51,705 nucleotides of DNA from Candidatus Aenigmatarchaeota archaeon (GTDB taxonomy: Archaea > Aenigmatarchaeota > Aenigmatarchaeia > QMZP01 > QMZT01), in the NCBI GenBank assembly GCA_041489155.1, contig JBGPQP010000009.1:1-51705 (forward strand), given 5' to 3'. Made by a program: the position numbers and the translations under genes. Under the pieces are notes generated by a model. The model was given only the letters and a program-made list of their open reading frames with translations. It was not told the origin of the DNA and did no database searches. This document shows positions 18,628-28,578 of this stretch, piece by piece. Numbering within the stretch: position 1 is the first letter of the stretch; the number at the start of each line of letters is the position of its first letter.

Positions 18628-20388
18628 CTATCTGTTCATCTTTAGTTTCAGTCTGTACTCGAAGTTCCTGACGCTTTCGCGGAGGTCCTTCTCGAACTGC
18701 GACGGGTAGCGGAAGGTGAAGACCAGCGCGTGCTTCAGGCCGCGAGCAGGCTCGACCGCGACGGCCTGCCAGAAGACGTAGCGGACCGGCACGATGTCGC
18801 TCTGTTTGACGTCGATGTTCTTTATGACGAACAGGAAGGACAGGCATGCAAAGCGCAAAATCAATGATGCAAGGAACACCACCTGCAACCCGAAGAGCCA
18901 GAAAAATTGCGAGCCTTCGAAGACTAAAGCGAGATAACCGCCTGCGAGACAACCGAAAACCGTACCGAAACCCGTGGAGAAGTTGTGGGCTGCGATGTAT
19001 TTAGGTCTCTCCTTCGCCGGCGTCACGTCGAGCAGATAGTTGAATATCACCAGTTCGAAGCCCGAGAAGACGATGCCGTCGTATATCTTTACCAGTATCA
19101 CCTGCCAGACGTTTGAAACCATCATCCAACCGAGGGGAACGAAGCAGCCGAGGAAGCCGGAGACTATCAGTATTTTCCTGTCGCCGAAGCGGTCGCTGAG
19201 TCTGCCCCAGTACTGGGTCGTGAAGGCCTTCGCCACGGCGCCTATAACGACGGCGACTGCGAACCATTCGTAGCCGATGCTGAGGTTCTTGAGCATGTAA
19301 ACGGCGTAGAAGGGCGCGGCGACGTCGATGGCGAAGTTCATGCACGAGAGGTAAATGGTGAACAGCGTGAACTCCTTGTTTATCTTCAGCGTCTTCAACC
19401 ACTCCTTGGGTTCGAGCTTGAAGGTGTAGCTGTAATGGAATATCTTGCTCATTGCCGGTTCGCGCATGCGGACGAAGAAGAATATCGACACGGCTGCGAA
19501 AAACATGGACAGCGCGAATATGGCCGGAAAGCCCCAGTAGACCAGCATGAAGCCTGCTGCAAGAGTCGCGAGCACGCCGGCAACCCCGACGAACATGTTT
19601 CTCCTGCCGAAATAACTGCCGCGTATTTTCGTGGAAACCAGGTCGCCCATGAGGCTCGACCAGGCCGGCGAGCGGATCATCAGGGCGAAGTTCGAAAGCA
19701 GGATTAGCACGATGAGTATCCACACGCGGTTCTCTATCGCCAGTAAAGGCAGGAAGAGTATGGGAATCCAAATTATGATTCTCGAGATGACCTGCGACAT
19801 CACCCAGATGGATTTCCTGCTGAAATATTTCGTGAGCATCGCACCAGGCACATGCGCGACCGTGCCTGCAAGGTTCTCCAGGGAATTTAGAATTCCTATC
19901 TCTGCGTTGCTCGCGCCGAGCGCGAGCGCGAGGGGCGTGGTGAACGACGATTGGATGCTGCCCGAGGCGGAGTTGAAGACGCCCTCGAGGGTCGAGTTTT
20001 TCAGGCTTCTCTCAACATTTTCCTGGTCGGCTTCCCTGAGTTCTCTGATCTGTTCCTCGCTCTTTCCCTTTGCCTCGGGCGGGACGATCTCGCCCTTTTC
20101 TATCACGGTGAAGCCCGCGCTGCCACGCACTTCTGTCGCGGCTTTTTCCGCAGCTTTCGTCTGCGTGCGTGTCTCAGCTATCATCCTTTTAACGAACTTC
20201 TTTTCTTTTTCCCGCGTTGCGAGGGGAGACTTTTCCGCCTTTTTTGCCTCGGTTTTTTCAGACGGCTTTGCCTGCGGCTTTCCAGCAGGCTTCTTAGACT
20301 TAGGCTCGCTAACTACCTCACCGTTCACAATTTCCTTGAAGCTCGAACTGCGCACATCTATGCGCTTTTCCTTCTTGCCCTCGGCCAT
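18628..20388 (-). CDS. MFS transporter with a long charged N-terminal extension
   Basis: About 12 TM helices; WGRLSDRFGDRK motif A; about 125-aa hydrophilic N-terminus. Confidence 0.88.
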   Translation of the reverse strand: MAEGKKEKRIDVRSSSFKEIVNGEVVSEPKSKKPAGKPQAKPSEKTEAKKAEKSPLATREKEKKFVKRMIAETRTQTKAAEKAATEVRGSAGFTVIEKGEIVPPEAKGKSEEQIRELREADQENVERSLKNSTLEGVFNSASGSIQSSFTTPLALALGASNAEIGILNSLENLAGTVAHVPGAMLTKYFSRKSIWVMSQVISRIIIWIPILFLPLLAIENRVWILIVLILLSNFALMIRSPAWSSLMGDLVSTKIRGSYFGRRNMFVGVAGVLATLAAGFMLVYWGFPAIFALSMFFAAVSIFFFVRMREPAMSKIFHYSYTFKLEPKEWLKTLKINKEFTLFTIYLSCMNFAIDVAAPFYAVYMLKNLSIGYEWFAVAVVIGAVAKAFTTQYWGRLSDRFGDRKILIVSGFLGCFVPLGWMMVSNVWQVILVKIYDGIVFSGFELVIFNYLLDVTPAKERPKYIAAHNFSTGFGTVFGCLAGGYLALVFEGSQFFWLFGLQVVFLASLILRFACLSFLFVIKNIDVKQSDIVPVRYVFWQAVAVEPARGLKHALVFTFRYPSQFEKDLRESVRNFEYRLKLKMNR

Positions 20389-20481
20389 AGAATTAAGTTG
20401 GCTCAGGACAAATAAATACCTGCATATCTCGGTATAAAAATACAAAAGTTCCGATAATTTTCGCAGAAAATTTTAAAGTGG

Positions 20482-21750
20482 CTACCTATACTCAGACTTC
20501 TGCCTGTATTCAGATTTGAAAACGTACTCGCTTTTCATCGAGTATTCGCTTGCGATTTCTGAGACCTGGCTGGAGAAATCGTATTTGTCATCTTCTGTTT
20601 TATCTTCAGATAATGCCGGCTTCTTGACAGTAGCCTCGAAGATTTCATTCGGTGGCGGGATGTAGGCTATCGTGAGATTCGAGGTTGGGAATCTCCACAT
20701 TTCTTTCCCGTTGTCATAGTTCAGGGCGTATAGATGACAATCTAGCGAGCAAAAAAATATCTGGTTACCGTAAAACACAGGAGTGCCCCAGCTTCCTCCG
20801 CTAAGCCTTGTCTTCCATAACTCCTTACCTTCGAGAGTTAGGGCATGTATATTACCAGATTCTTCGGAAAAATATATCACGTTTCCAAAAACCACGGGAT
20901 TCGCGCCAGTGAAGCCGCCTTCTGTCCTGAAACGCCACAACTCCTTTCCATTATCCGGGTTAAGTGCATAAAAATATCCATCCCTGCAGCCATGATAAAG
21001 AACATTTTTGTGAAGCACAGGTACGCTCGAGTTCCCATAACTGCCAGTTCTGAAGCGCCATATCTCCTCGCCGCCCGTAATGTCAACAGCATACAGATAA
21101 TTATCCATCGAACCGAAGTAAAGCGTGTTTCGGTTTACGAAAAAATATGAGCAGCATATCACCTCTTCGCCAGTCCTGAACCTCCAGATTTCCTTGCCGG
21201 TCTTCGCATCGATGCAATATATATTGCCGTCAAAACTGCCTATCAGTATCCTCTTGCCGCTGGCAGTCGGCGAGCTTGCAATCTCCCCGCCGGTTTTGAA
21301 TTTCCAAACTTCCTTTCTTGTTTTTTCATCGATTGCATAAAGGCAGCCATCTTTTGAGCCTATGTAAATCCTGCCGTCAAGCACCAGCGGGCTCGAAAAC
21401 ACCTCTCCACCCGTCCGGAATTGCCACAAGCCCTTGCCTTCAAGCGATATGGCATACAGACAATAATCGTAGCTGCCTATGTAAATAACGCCGTCATGAA
21501 CGACCGGAGATGAAAAATATATCTTGCCGCCGGTTTTGTATCTCCATTTCTCCTTTCTTGTCTTCAGGTCCACGGCATAAAGATAACCGTCCATCGCACC
21601 GAAATAAAGCACGCCATCATGAATAAGAGGGCAGTTGATTATGCTACCGCCTTCGCCAGACTTCCACATGCGGTCGAACTTGCGCTTCTTTCGAACTTCG
21701 AACTCCTCGAGCTCGATGGAAAAATCATCGAAGGAAAATGTTTGGTCCAT
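20482..21750 (-). CDS. PQQ-like beta-propeller repeat protein (paralog 4)
   Basis: Repeated GSxDxxLYA...WRF(K/R)TGG blades; tail EYSMKSEYVFKSEYRQKSEYR. Confidence 0.9.
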   Translation of the reverse strand: MDQTFSFDDFSIELEEFEVRKKRKFDRMWKSGEGGSIINCPLIHDGVLYFGAMDGYLYAVDLKTRKEKWRYKTGGKIYFSSPVVHDGVIYIGSYDYCLYAISLEGKGLWQFRTGGEVFSSPLVLDGRIYIGSKDGCLYAIDEKTRKEVWKFKTGGEIASSPTASGKRILIGSFDGNIYCIDAKTGKEIWRFRTGEEVICCSYFFVNRNTLYFGSMDNYLYAVDITGGEEIWRFRTGSYGNSSVPVLHKNVLYHGCRDGYFYALNPDNGKELWRFRTEGGFTGANPVVFGNVIYFSEESGNIHALTLEGKELWKTRLSGGSWGTPVFYGNQIFFCSLDCHLYALNYDNGKEMWRFPTSNLTIAYIPPPNEIFEATVKKPALSEDKTEDDKYDFSSQVSEIASEYSMKSEYVFKSEYRQKSEYR

Positions 21751-21771
21751 AACAAAACCTTGCTATTTAAC

Positions 21772-23034
21772 TTAATATTTCATCTTCTGCTGGTACTCGA
21801 CCTTTACTTGATATTCATTTTTTGTATCGTATTCGTCACGCAGGCCGACGGCAAGATTAATCTCGTATCTTTCTTGTTCGTCTTCGCCCCTATCCTCTGT
21901 GCCAGTCTTCTTTATGACTACTTCCCACATTTCCTGGAACGGCGGTATCTTTGAGTCTACTTGCATGCTCGTGGGGAATGCCCATATTTTCTTGCCTGTT
22001 TCTCTGTCTAAACAGTAGAGATGGCAGTCCCATGAACCGACATAGACCCTGTCCTCCCAAATGGACGGCGGAGGAAATATGTAGTTTGTGGTTTGAAACC
22101 TCCAGACCTCCTTGCCGTTTTTGTCCACGGCGTACAAGTTGTTGTCGCAGGAGCCCACATAGATTCTGTCATTGCGAACCAATGGAGGTCCTATGTTTTC
22201 CCTTGTTATGAATCTCCAGATTTCCCTGCCTTTCAGGCTGAGGGCGTACATTATGCCGTCCCTGCTTGAAACATAAACACGTCCATTCCCAATAACTGGT
22301 GATGCAGCGTTTCCAAAATTGCCGGTTCGGAATCTCCATATTTCCTTGCCACTTTCCATATCAACGCAGTAGCAGTTGTTGTCAAAAGAGGAAAAGAAAA
22401 GCGTGTTTTTGTGGGTGGCAAAGGGGTTGATGTTGTAGATTTCGCCGCCTGTTTTAAACCTCCATATCTCCTCTCCCGTTTTTTTGTTCAGGCAATAAAG
22501 ATATCCATCGAAAGAGCCTATGAAAAGCTTATTGCCGTGTATGAGCGGGGCTGAATCAATCTCGTCTCCTGTTCTGAACCTCCAAAAAATTTTTCCGTTA
22601 CTAGCTCTCAGGCAATAAACGTATCCGTCCCTTGAGCCGAAATAGACCATGCCTTTGTCAGCACATGCGGGACAAACGACTTCCCCGCCTGTTTTGAAGC
22701 GCCAGACCTCCTTCCCATAAACATCTATGGCATATAAACAGCCGTCATAACTCCCCAAGTAGAGTATATCGTCATAGAGAATGATGCTCGACTGGAATAT
22801 TATGCCGTTGGTCTTGAAACGCCAGATTTCCTTGCTCGTCTTCGCATCAACTGCATAAACATACTGGTCGCAAGAACCAACATATACAATGCCTTTGTGT
22901 ACCAAGGGTGTGTTCACAATCGATCCGCCAAAGGTAATTCCAACATGTCTGTCCATTTTCTTGAGTTTTCTGACTTCAAAGTCTTCAAGCTCCACGCCCA
23001 AATCAGAAAAGCTGAATTCATTTCCAACGTCCAT
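21772..23034 (-). CDS. PQQ-like beta-propeller repeat protein (paralog 3)
   Basis: Same blades; tail EYDTKNEYQVKVEYQQKMKY. Confidence 0.9.
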   Translation of the reverse strand: MDVGNEFSFSDLGVELEDFEVRKLKKMDRHVGITFGGSIVNTPLVHKGIVYVGSCDQYVYAVDAKTSKEIWRFKTNGIIFQSSIILYDDILYLGSYDGCLYAIDVYGKEVWRFKTGGEVVCPACADKGMVYFGSRDGYVYCLRASNGKIFWRFRTGDEIDSAPLIHGNKLFIGSFDGYLYCLNKKTGEEIWRFKTGGEIYNINPFATHKNTLFFSSFDNNCYCVDMESGKEIWRFRTGNFGNAASPVIGNGRVYVSSRDGIMYALSLKGREIWRFITRENIGPPLVRNDRIYVGSCDNNLYAVDKNGKEVWRFQTTNYIFPPPSIWEDRVYVGSWDCHLYCLDRETGKKIWAFPTSMQVDSKIPPFQEMWEVVIKKTGTEDRGEDEQERYEINLAVGLRDEYDTKNEYQVKVEYQQKMKY

Positions 23035-23057
23035 GTTTGATTTTAGAAAAAGCGTTT

Positions 23058-24326
23058 TTAATACTTCATCTTCTGCTGGTACTCGACTTTAACCTGGTAT
23101 TCGCTTTCAGACTTGTACTGCCCGCCTGTAATTTCGGAAACATTGATTTGGTACTTCTCTTCGTTTTCTTCCTCATCCGAGGTTGCCGTTTTCTTGACGA
23201 CCAGCTCGAAACTCTCATATGGAGGCGGGAGCTCTGACTGCTGGAGCGTGCTGGTTGCGAAACGCCACAGTTCTTTTCTGGTTTTCAGTTCTATCGCGTA
23301 CATGTGGCAGTCGTAGGAGCCGATGTATAGAATGCCATCCGATATCGTTAAACCCTCGTAAACTGGCCCGCCCGTCCTGAAGCGCCAAACTTCTTTTCCT
23401 GTTTTTTGGTCAAGGGCGTAGACGTTATGGTCGCCCGCCCCGAAATAGAGAATGCCATTGCTCAATATAGGTAAAGTCGCTATAAGCTCGCTGATGCTTA
23501 TCCTGAACCTCCAGATTTCCTCGCCCGTCTCTCTGTCAAGCGCATACATCACTCCGTCTCTTGAGCCGTGGAAAACCTCCTTGTCGGTCACAAGCGGGCA
23601 GCCGGCGTTTCCATACTCGCCTGTTTTGAAGCGCCATTTGACCCTTTTCGCATCAAGGTCTATTGCATAAAGGTAGTTGTCGAATGATGAGAGGTAAACA
23701 ACATTGCCATAAACTGCGAATGGGTAAGAATTGTATATCTCGCCGCCCGTTTTGAAGCGCCAGAGTTCCTTTCCGCTAATCGCGTCAAGCTGGTAGAGGT
23801 AACCATCAAAGGAGCCTATAAAGACGCTGTCTTTGTAAATGGCAGGGCATGAGGATATGCAGTCTCCTGTCCTGAACCTCCATATCTCTTTTCCCGTATT
23901 TTTGTCAAGGCAGTAAAAAAAGTTGTCCTTGCAACCGAAATAAACATAGCCTTTGTAAGAGCATGGAACGCTGAATATCTGGTCGCCTGCCCTGAAGCGC
24001 CACAGCTCCTTCCCGGTTGTCGCATCTATCGCATAAAAAGTCCCGTTGTAGGAGCCGGCGTAGATGACTCCGTTATCAAACAGCTGGCCCAGGACAAATG
24101 AACCGTCGCCCCTGAACCTCCATCTCACGCTTCCGTCTTTTTTCCAGAGGGCATAGACATACCCGTCCCACGAACCGAAATACATTGTATCCCGGGTAAT
24201 CCTAGGAACAGAACTTATGCTTCCGCCAAAACTGATTTTCCATATGCTATCGAACTTTCTAGCCTTCCTGACCTCGAAATCCTGCAGCTCAACTGCAAAT
24301 TCGTCAAAGGAAAAACCGTGCTCCAT
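23058..24326 (-). CDS. PQQ-like beta-propeller repeat protein (paralog 2)
   Basis: Same blades; tail QYKSESEYQVKVEYQQKMKY. Confidence 0.9.
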   Translation of the reverse strand: MEHGFSFDEFAVELQDFEVRKARKFDSIWKISFGGSISSVPRITRDTMYFGSWDGYVYALWKKDGSVRWRFRGDGSFVLGQLFDNGVIYAGSYNGTFYAIDATTGKELWRFRAGDQIFSVPCSYKGYVYFGCKDNFFYCLDKNTGKEIWRFRTGDCISSCPAIYKDSVFIGSFDGYLYQLDAISGKELWRFKTGGEIYNSYPFAVYGNVVYLSSFDNYLYAIDLDAKRVKWRFKTGEYGNAGCPLVTDKEVFHGSRDGVMYALDRETGEEIWRFRISISELIATLPILSNGILYFGAGDHNVYALDQKTGKEVWRFRTGGPVYEGLTISDGILYIGSYDCHMYAIELKTRKELWRFATSTLQQSELPPPYESFELVVKKTATSDEEENEEKYQINVSEITGGQYKSESEYQVKVEYQQKMKY

Positions 24327-24335
24327 CCCAAAACC

Positions 24336-25601
24336 TCAATACTTCATCTTCTGTTGATATTCGACTTTTATCTGGTACTCGCTCTTTGTTTCATAGACGT
24401 CCCTGAAGTTCGCGGAAAAATCTATGCTGTATTTGTCCTCCTGCTCTTCTTCTTCGGATGTGATGGATTTCTTGACGACGAGCTCGAAGCCCTCGTTGCG
24501 CGGCGGTATTTCGGATTGCTGGACGGTCGAGGTCGTGAATCTCCAGAGTTCCTTTTTGGTTTTAAGGTTGATTGCATAAAGGTGGCAGTCATAAGAGCCG
24601 ATGTATATAACATCACCCTGCAAAGTGATACCTTCCGCGATTAGGCCTCCTGTCCTGAAGCGCCAAAGCTCCTTGCCTGTCACGGCGTCAAGGGCGTAGG
24701 CGTTCCCGTCACCGGAGCCGAAATAAAGCGCACCCTTGTCAAGGATGGGTCTTGTGGACAATATCTCGTTACCTCCGGCCACGAACCTCCAGATTTCTCT
24801 GCCTTCTTGCCTGTCAATGGCATACATCACACCGTCCCTTGAGCCATGGTAGACCATGTCTTCGACCACAAGCGGGGAGCCTGCATTGCCATACTGACCG
24901 GTCCTGAACCTCCACAGGATTTTTTTCGTTTTAAGCTCTATCGCATAAAGGCAGTTGTCGAAAGAGGCGACATAAAGCACGCCGTGCTTGTCTATGGTGA
25001 AGGGATAGGCGTTGAATATCTCTCCGCCTGTCTTGAAGCGCCATATCTCCTTTCCGTTCATTGCGTCCAGCTGATAAAGATAACCGTCAAAAGAGCCTAT
25101 CAGAACGCTGTCCTCGTGAATTGCGGGAGCAGAGCACATGCAGTCTCCTGTTTTGAACCTCCAGACTTCCTTGCCTGTTTCCTTGTTCAGGCAATACAAA
25201 AAGCCGTCCTTGCATGTGAAATAAACGTAACTTTCATACTGACATGGGATGCATAGTATCTGGTCGCCTGCTCTGAATCTCCATATCTCTTTGCCCGATT
25301 TTGCATCAATTGCATAAAAAGTTCCGTTGTAAGAGCCGGCGTAAATATTGCCGCCATCAAGTATCTGACCGAAGCCGAAGCCTCCGTCGCCTTTGAATTT
25401 CCATCTCAGGCAGCCATCCTTTTTCCATATCGCATACATGTAGTAATCATATGCACCAGCATATATGGTGTCATCAGTGATTGTGGGAAATGAGCTTATG
25501 CTGCCGCCGAAGCCTATCTTCCATATCCTGTCGAACTTCCTTATCTTCCTGACCTCGAAGTCCTGCATCTCAATGTCGAAATCCGAAAGGTTAAGCTCCA
25601 T
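24336..25601 (-). CDS. PQQ-like beta-propeller repeat protein (paralog 1)
   Basis: Same blades; tail VYETKSEYQIKVEYQQKMKY. Confidence 0.9.
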   Translation of the reverse strand: MELNLSDFDIEMQDFEVRKIRKFDRIWKIGFGGSISSFPTITDDTIYAGAYDYYMYAIWKKDGCLRWKFKGDGGFGFGQILDGGNIYAGSYNGTFYAIDAKSGKEIWRFRAGDQILCIPCQYESYVYFTCKDGFLYCLNKETGKEVWRFKTGDCMCSAPAIHEDSVLIGSFDGYLYQLDAMNGKEIWRFKTGGEIFNAYPFTIDKHGVLYVASFDNCLYAIELKTKKILWRFRTGQYGNAGSPLVVEDMVYHGSRDGVMYAIDRQEGREIWRFVAGGNEILSTRPILDKGALYFGSGDGNAYALDAVTGKELWRFRTGGLIAEGITLQGDVIYIGSYDCHLYAINLKTKKELWRFTTSTVQQSEIPPRNEGFELVVKKSITSEEEEQEDKYSIDFSANFRDVYETKSEYQIKVEYQQKMKY

Positions 25602-25635
25602 GATAAGAAATTACAAAATCAAATTAAAAAGGAAT

Positions 25636-26304
25636 TCAGCTGGCAAGCGCGGCATCGATTTCTGCCTGGAACTTCGCGTAGGGCTGCGCGCCCACGAGCT
25701 TCTTGCCGTTGATGAAGAAGGTCGGCGTCCCTGTCACTCCATACGCTTCGCCGTCGCTCGTGTCCTTGTCGACTTCATTCTTGTATTTGCCCGAGTCGAG
25801 ACATGCATCGAACTTCGCCGTGTCCAGGCCTAGTGCGGCAGCATGCGCCTTGAGGCTGCCAATGTCCAGTGCGCTCTGGTTGCTGAATAGCTTCTCGTTG
25901 TACGCCCAGTACTTGTCATTTCCCTGTTCGTACGCGCACTGGCTAGCCTCGGACGCGATCTGCGCACTGGCGTGAACGATGAAGTCGCGGAAAACGAACT
26001 TAACCTTGCCAGTATCTATGTAATTAGCCTTGATTTGCGGAAACGTTTCCCTCGCGAATCTGCCGCAGAACGGGCAGACGAATTCCGAGAACTCGACTAT
26101 CGTCACCTTCGCATTCGCGCTTCCCAGCATCGGGTCGTCGTCGATTAAAATGCGTCCTGTCTGGTTGCCGTTTGTGTTGGCGGCAGGCTTGAAGAAAATC
26201 AGCAATACAGCAAGCGAAGTTATTATGGCTGCCGCTATAATTGAAAGCGAAAACATGTAAAGAGGCCTGTTATTCTTTTTCTTGCTGAGCAATTTGAATA
26301 TCAT
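25636..26304 (-). CDS. DsbA/thioredoxin-fold oxidoreductase, membrane anchored
   Basis: EFSEFVCPFC, GVTGTPTFFING, GAQP; N-terminal TM. Confidence 0.92.
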   Translation of the reverse strand: MIFKLLSKKKNNRPLYMFSLSIIAAAIITSLAVLLIFFKPAANTNGNQTGRILIDDDPMLGSANAKVTIVEFSEFVCPFCGRFARETFPQIKANYIDTGKVKFVFRDFIVHASAQIASEASQCAYEQGNDKYWAYNEKLFSNQSALDIGSLKAHAAALGLDTAKFDACLDSGKYKNEVDKDTSDGEAYGVTGTPTFFINGKKLVGAQPYAKFQAEIDAALAS

Positions 26305-26333
26305 GCAACATCATCTTTTACTCATTCACGAAT

Positions 26334-26525
26334 CTACGCGCTGACTATCTTTATGCACTGGACCGGGCAGGAGTCGGCGGCGTCTTTGTTGCATTCCAGC
26401 TTGTCGACTTTCGTTTTTTTTGGCCTGGCCTTGTTGCCCTCCATCGCCCAGTTGCCCGGGCAGACTGCAGCGCAGGCGCCGCAGCCGATGCACGCGTTCC
26501 TGTCCTGCACGATTTTGAAAGGCAT
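26334..26525 (-). CDS. Monocluster ferredoxin
   Basis: CIGCGACAAVCP...AADSCPVQCI. Confidence 0.9.
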   Translation of the reverse strand: MPFKIVQDRNACIGCGACAAVCPGNWAMEGNKARPKKTKVDKLECNKDAADSCPVQCIKIVSA

Positions 26526-26544
26526 AAAACACCCCCGTTTAGCA

Positions 26545-28578
26545 TCATTCTGAGCAAAGGCTTTTGAGCCTTTTCCATTCGCTGTCTACGTGTTCCTGGA
26601 TTTGTTTTATAATATGTTTGTTCTCGGGTTTAAATAAGTGGGAAAATCTGCCCTGCGCCTTAAGGTATTCCTCGACCGGCTTGCGCCCAGCGACGTCCCT
26701 CGTCACACGCATTTTGCCGTTCTCTATCTCGTAAAGCATCCACATGCCGGTCTCGACGGCGAGCCTGCCTATCTCGACGGTCCTCCACGCGTCGAACCTC
26801 CATCCGAGCGGGCACGGGTTGAGCACGTGAATAAAGGAAGGCTGATTCTCCTTCTTGAGCGCCTTCGCGACCTTGGCCCTCAGGTCATCGATGTAGCCTA
26901 TCGAAGCCGTCGCGACATAGGGAACATGATGCGCGTTTACTATTTCGACTATTGGCTTCTTCCACGTCATGTTGCCCGGTATTATCCTGCCTGCAGGGCT
27001 GGTCGTGGTTGATGCGCGGAAAGGCGTCGCGCTCGAGCGCTGCACGCCGGTGTTGTGAACTACATAACCGTTTGCTATGAAATTATGCGACTTCTCAACC
27101 TGCAAATCCAAGGTTGGCTCATGCCCAACGCTCTTTATTTCTTTTATTTTTTCTACACCAAAGTGCTCGTTTCCTATCAAAAAGTTCGCGTACTTGTACT
27201 GCGAATGGTATTCTTCAACATTCCATTTCCTTGTTCTGCTGAAACAGATGTAACCGGCTTCGGAATCCTTCAAAAGAGCTCTTTTCGCCACAATAGTTCC
27301 TTTTGGTGTTTTTATTTTATGCACCTTACCTACTCTGTAGCTCATTGTCTGCAAAAGAAGCCTTAAGGTTTCCAGCAAACGGAAGCTGGCGGAAACGTAT
27401 CGCATGCTTCCGCTGTTTTTCACTTTATAGCCATCGGAAATCATCAACCCTTCTACAAATGCCTCCTTTTCATCAAGCGGCAAAGTGAATATCCAGTCAG
27501 GGATTATCTTGTTCTTCGCACCTGAGCCGAAACCGAGCGAATTTATGAAATTGGCGATGTTAATTGAGTTTATGTGAACCTCATTTTTGTCTTCCGAATA
27601 TTTGCTTCTGAATATCTGGTTGTGTAGTCCAATCAAAACCTTTCTTTCATGCTTTCCTTCGGGCAAAGAAAAACCTATTTCGCTTCTTCCGCTTCTCACC
27701 CATCCGTCTCCCACATAAATGCCAAGGTACTTCATGATGCCGGGGCTGCTGTTTCCCGGTATGACTGCATCGTTAAGCTTGTTGACTTTGTAATCATTTT
27801 TAGTCACCTTTCTTATGTTCGGGAACTTGAAACTTTTTCCTTTATCAGACCCATTTAGCACAACGACTTCATTTCCATTCTTCAATTCCTCTACGGTTTT
27901 CCACACGAGTTCGCTTTCCCTCCCTCTTCCTCTATGACTAACTACAAGAAAGGGGTGATTGCCCGTGGCTTTAATTATGTGGTGCAAAGTCTTAACCTCA
28001 AATATCTCTTTCACGCCGTTATCATAAACTCCCGCACAATTTCTTAAAACTAGCTTGTGGGTATTGGGGTCAAAAGAATATAATTTATCGCCTTTCCTGA
28101 TTTCAGTGATTTTGCGCAGGCCATTTTCCGTCATAATCCAAGCGTCTTTTGTAAGGCAATTCATGTAAGCCTCGTTGTCGAGGCAGATATAACATACCTT
28201 CTCGCCGCGTTCGAGCATGCCGGAAAGCGCCTGGAGCCCGATGTCGAGCGTGCCGCCGTCGCCGGCGATCGCGATTACGTTGCCTGCGCGCCCCTGTTTC
28301 TCGAGCGCCAGGGAAACGCCCGCCGCTATCGCGGCCGCGTTCTCGAAAGCGCCGTGAATATAATTGACCCCCCACGATGTGTTGGGGAACTGCGAACTGA
28401 CAATTTCGAGGCACGACGTCGCATTCACAACGATCGTGTTTTTTCCGGCGACGCCTAGTATCGCGCGGACGGCGATGGTTTCCGGACAGCCCGAGCAGTT
28501 GGTCGAGCCCTGGAAGAAAAGCGAGCACGCTTCGCAACCCTTCGCCGATTCGGCGACTTTCGCGTTCTTTACACCCAT
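26545..28578 (-). CDS. porB: Pyruvate/2-oxoacid:ferredoxin oxidoreductase beta subunit, intein-containing
   Basis: CSGC, ATSCLE, FENAA, GDGG...DNEAYMN[intein]TGVQRSS, PCPLGW. Confidence 0.93.
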   Translation of the reverse strand: MGVKNAKVAESAKGCEACSLFFQGSTNCSGCPETIAVRAILGVAGKNTIVVNATSCLEIVSSQFPNTSWGVNYIHGAFENAAAIAAGVSLALEKQGRAGNVIAIAGDGGTLDIGLQALSGMLERGEKVCYICLDNEAYMNCLTKDAWIMTENGLRKITEIRKGDKLYSFDPNTHKLVLRNCAGVYDNGVKEIFEVKTLHHIIKATGNHPFLVVSHRGRGRESELVWKTVEELKNGNEVVVLNGSDKGKSFKFPNIRKVTKNDYKVNKLNDAVIPGNSSPGIMKYLGIYVGDGWVRSGRSEIGFSLPEGKHERKVLIGLHNQIFRSKYSEDKNEVHINSINIANFINSLGFGSGAKNKIIPDWIFTLPLDEKEAFVEGLMISDGYKVKNSGSMRYVSASFRLLETLRLLLQTMSYRVGKVHKIKTPKGTIVAKRALLKDSEAGYICFSRTRKWNVEEYHSQYKYANFLIGNEHFGVEKIKEIKSVGHEPTLDLQVEKSHNFIANGYVVHNTGVQRSSATPFRASTTTSPAGRIIPGNMTWKKPIVEIVNAHHVPYVATASIGYIDDLRAKVAKALKKENQPSFIHVLNPCPLGWRFDAWRTVEIGRLAVETGMWMLYEIENGKMRVTRDVAGRKPVEEYLKAQGRFSHLFKPENKHIIKQIQEHVDSEWKRLKSLCSE
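27052..28158 (-). mobile_element. Intein (369 aa) with LAGLIDADG homing endonuclease
   Basis: Begins CLTKDAWI; block B ATGNHPF; LGIYVGDG and FVEGLMISDG; ends HNFIANGYVVHN followed by Thr; AT-richer than the exteins. Confidence 0.95.

Noticed and set aside
20482..25601. Recurrent ~120-bp-spaced motifs as a CRISPR array or DGR target
   Set aside because: They are degenerate codons of the WRFKTGG blades inside ORFs. There are no identical repeats with spacers, and no cas or reverse transcriptase gene.
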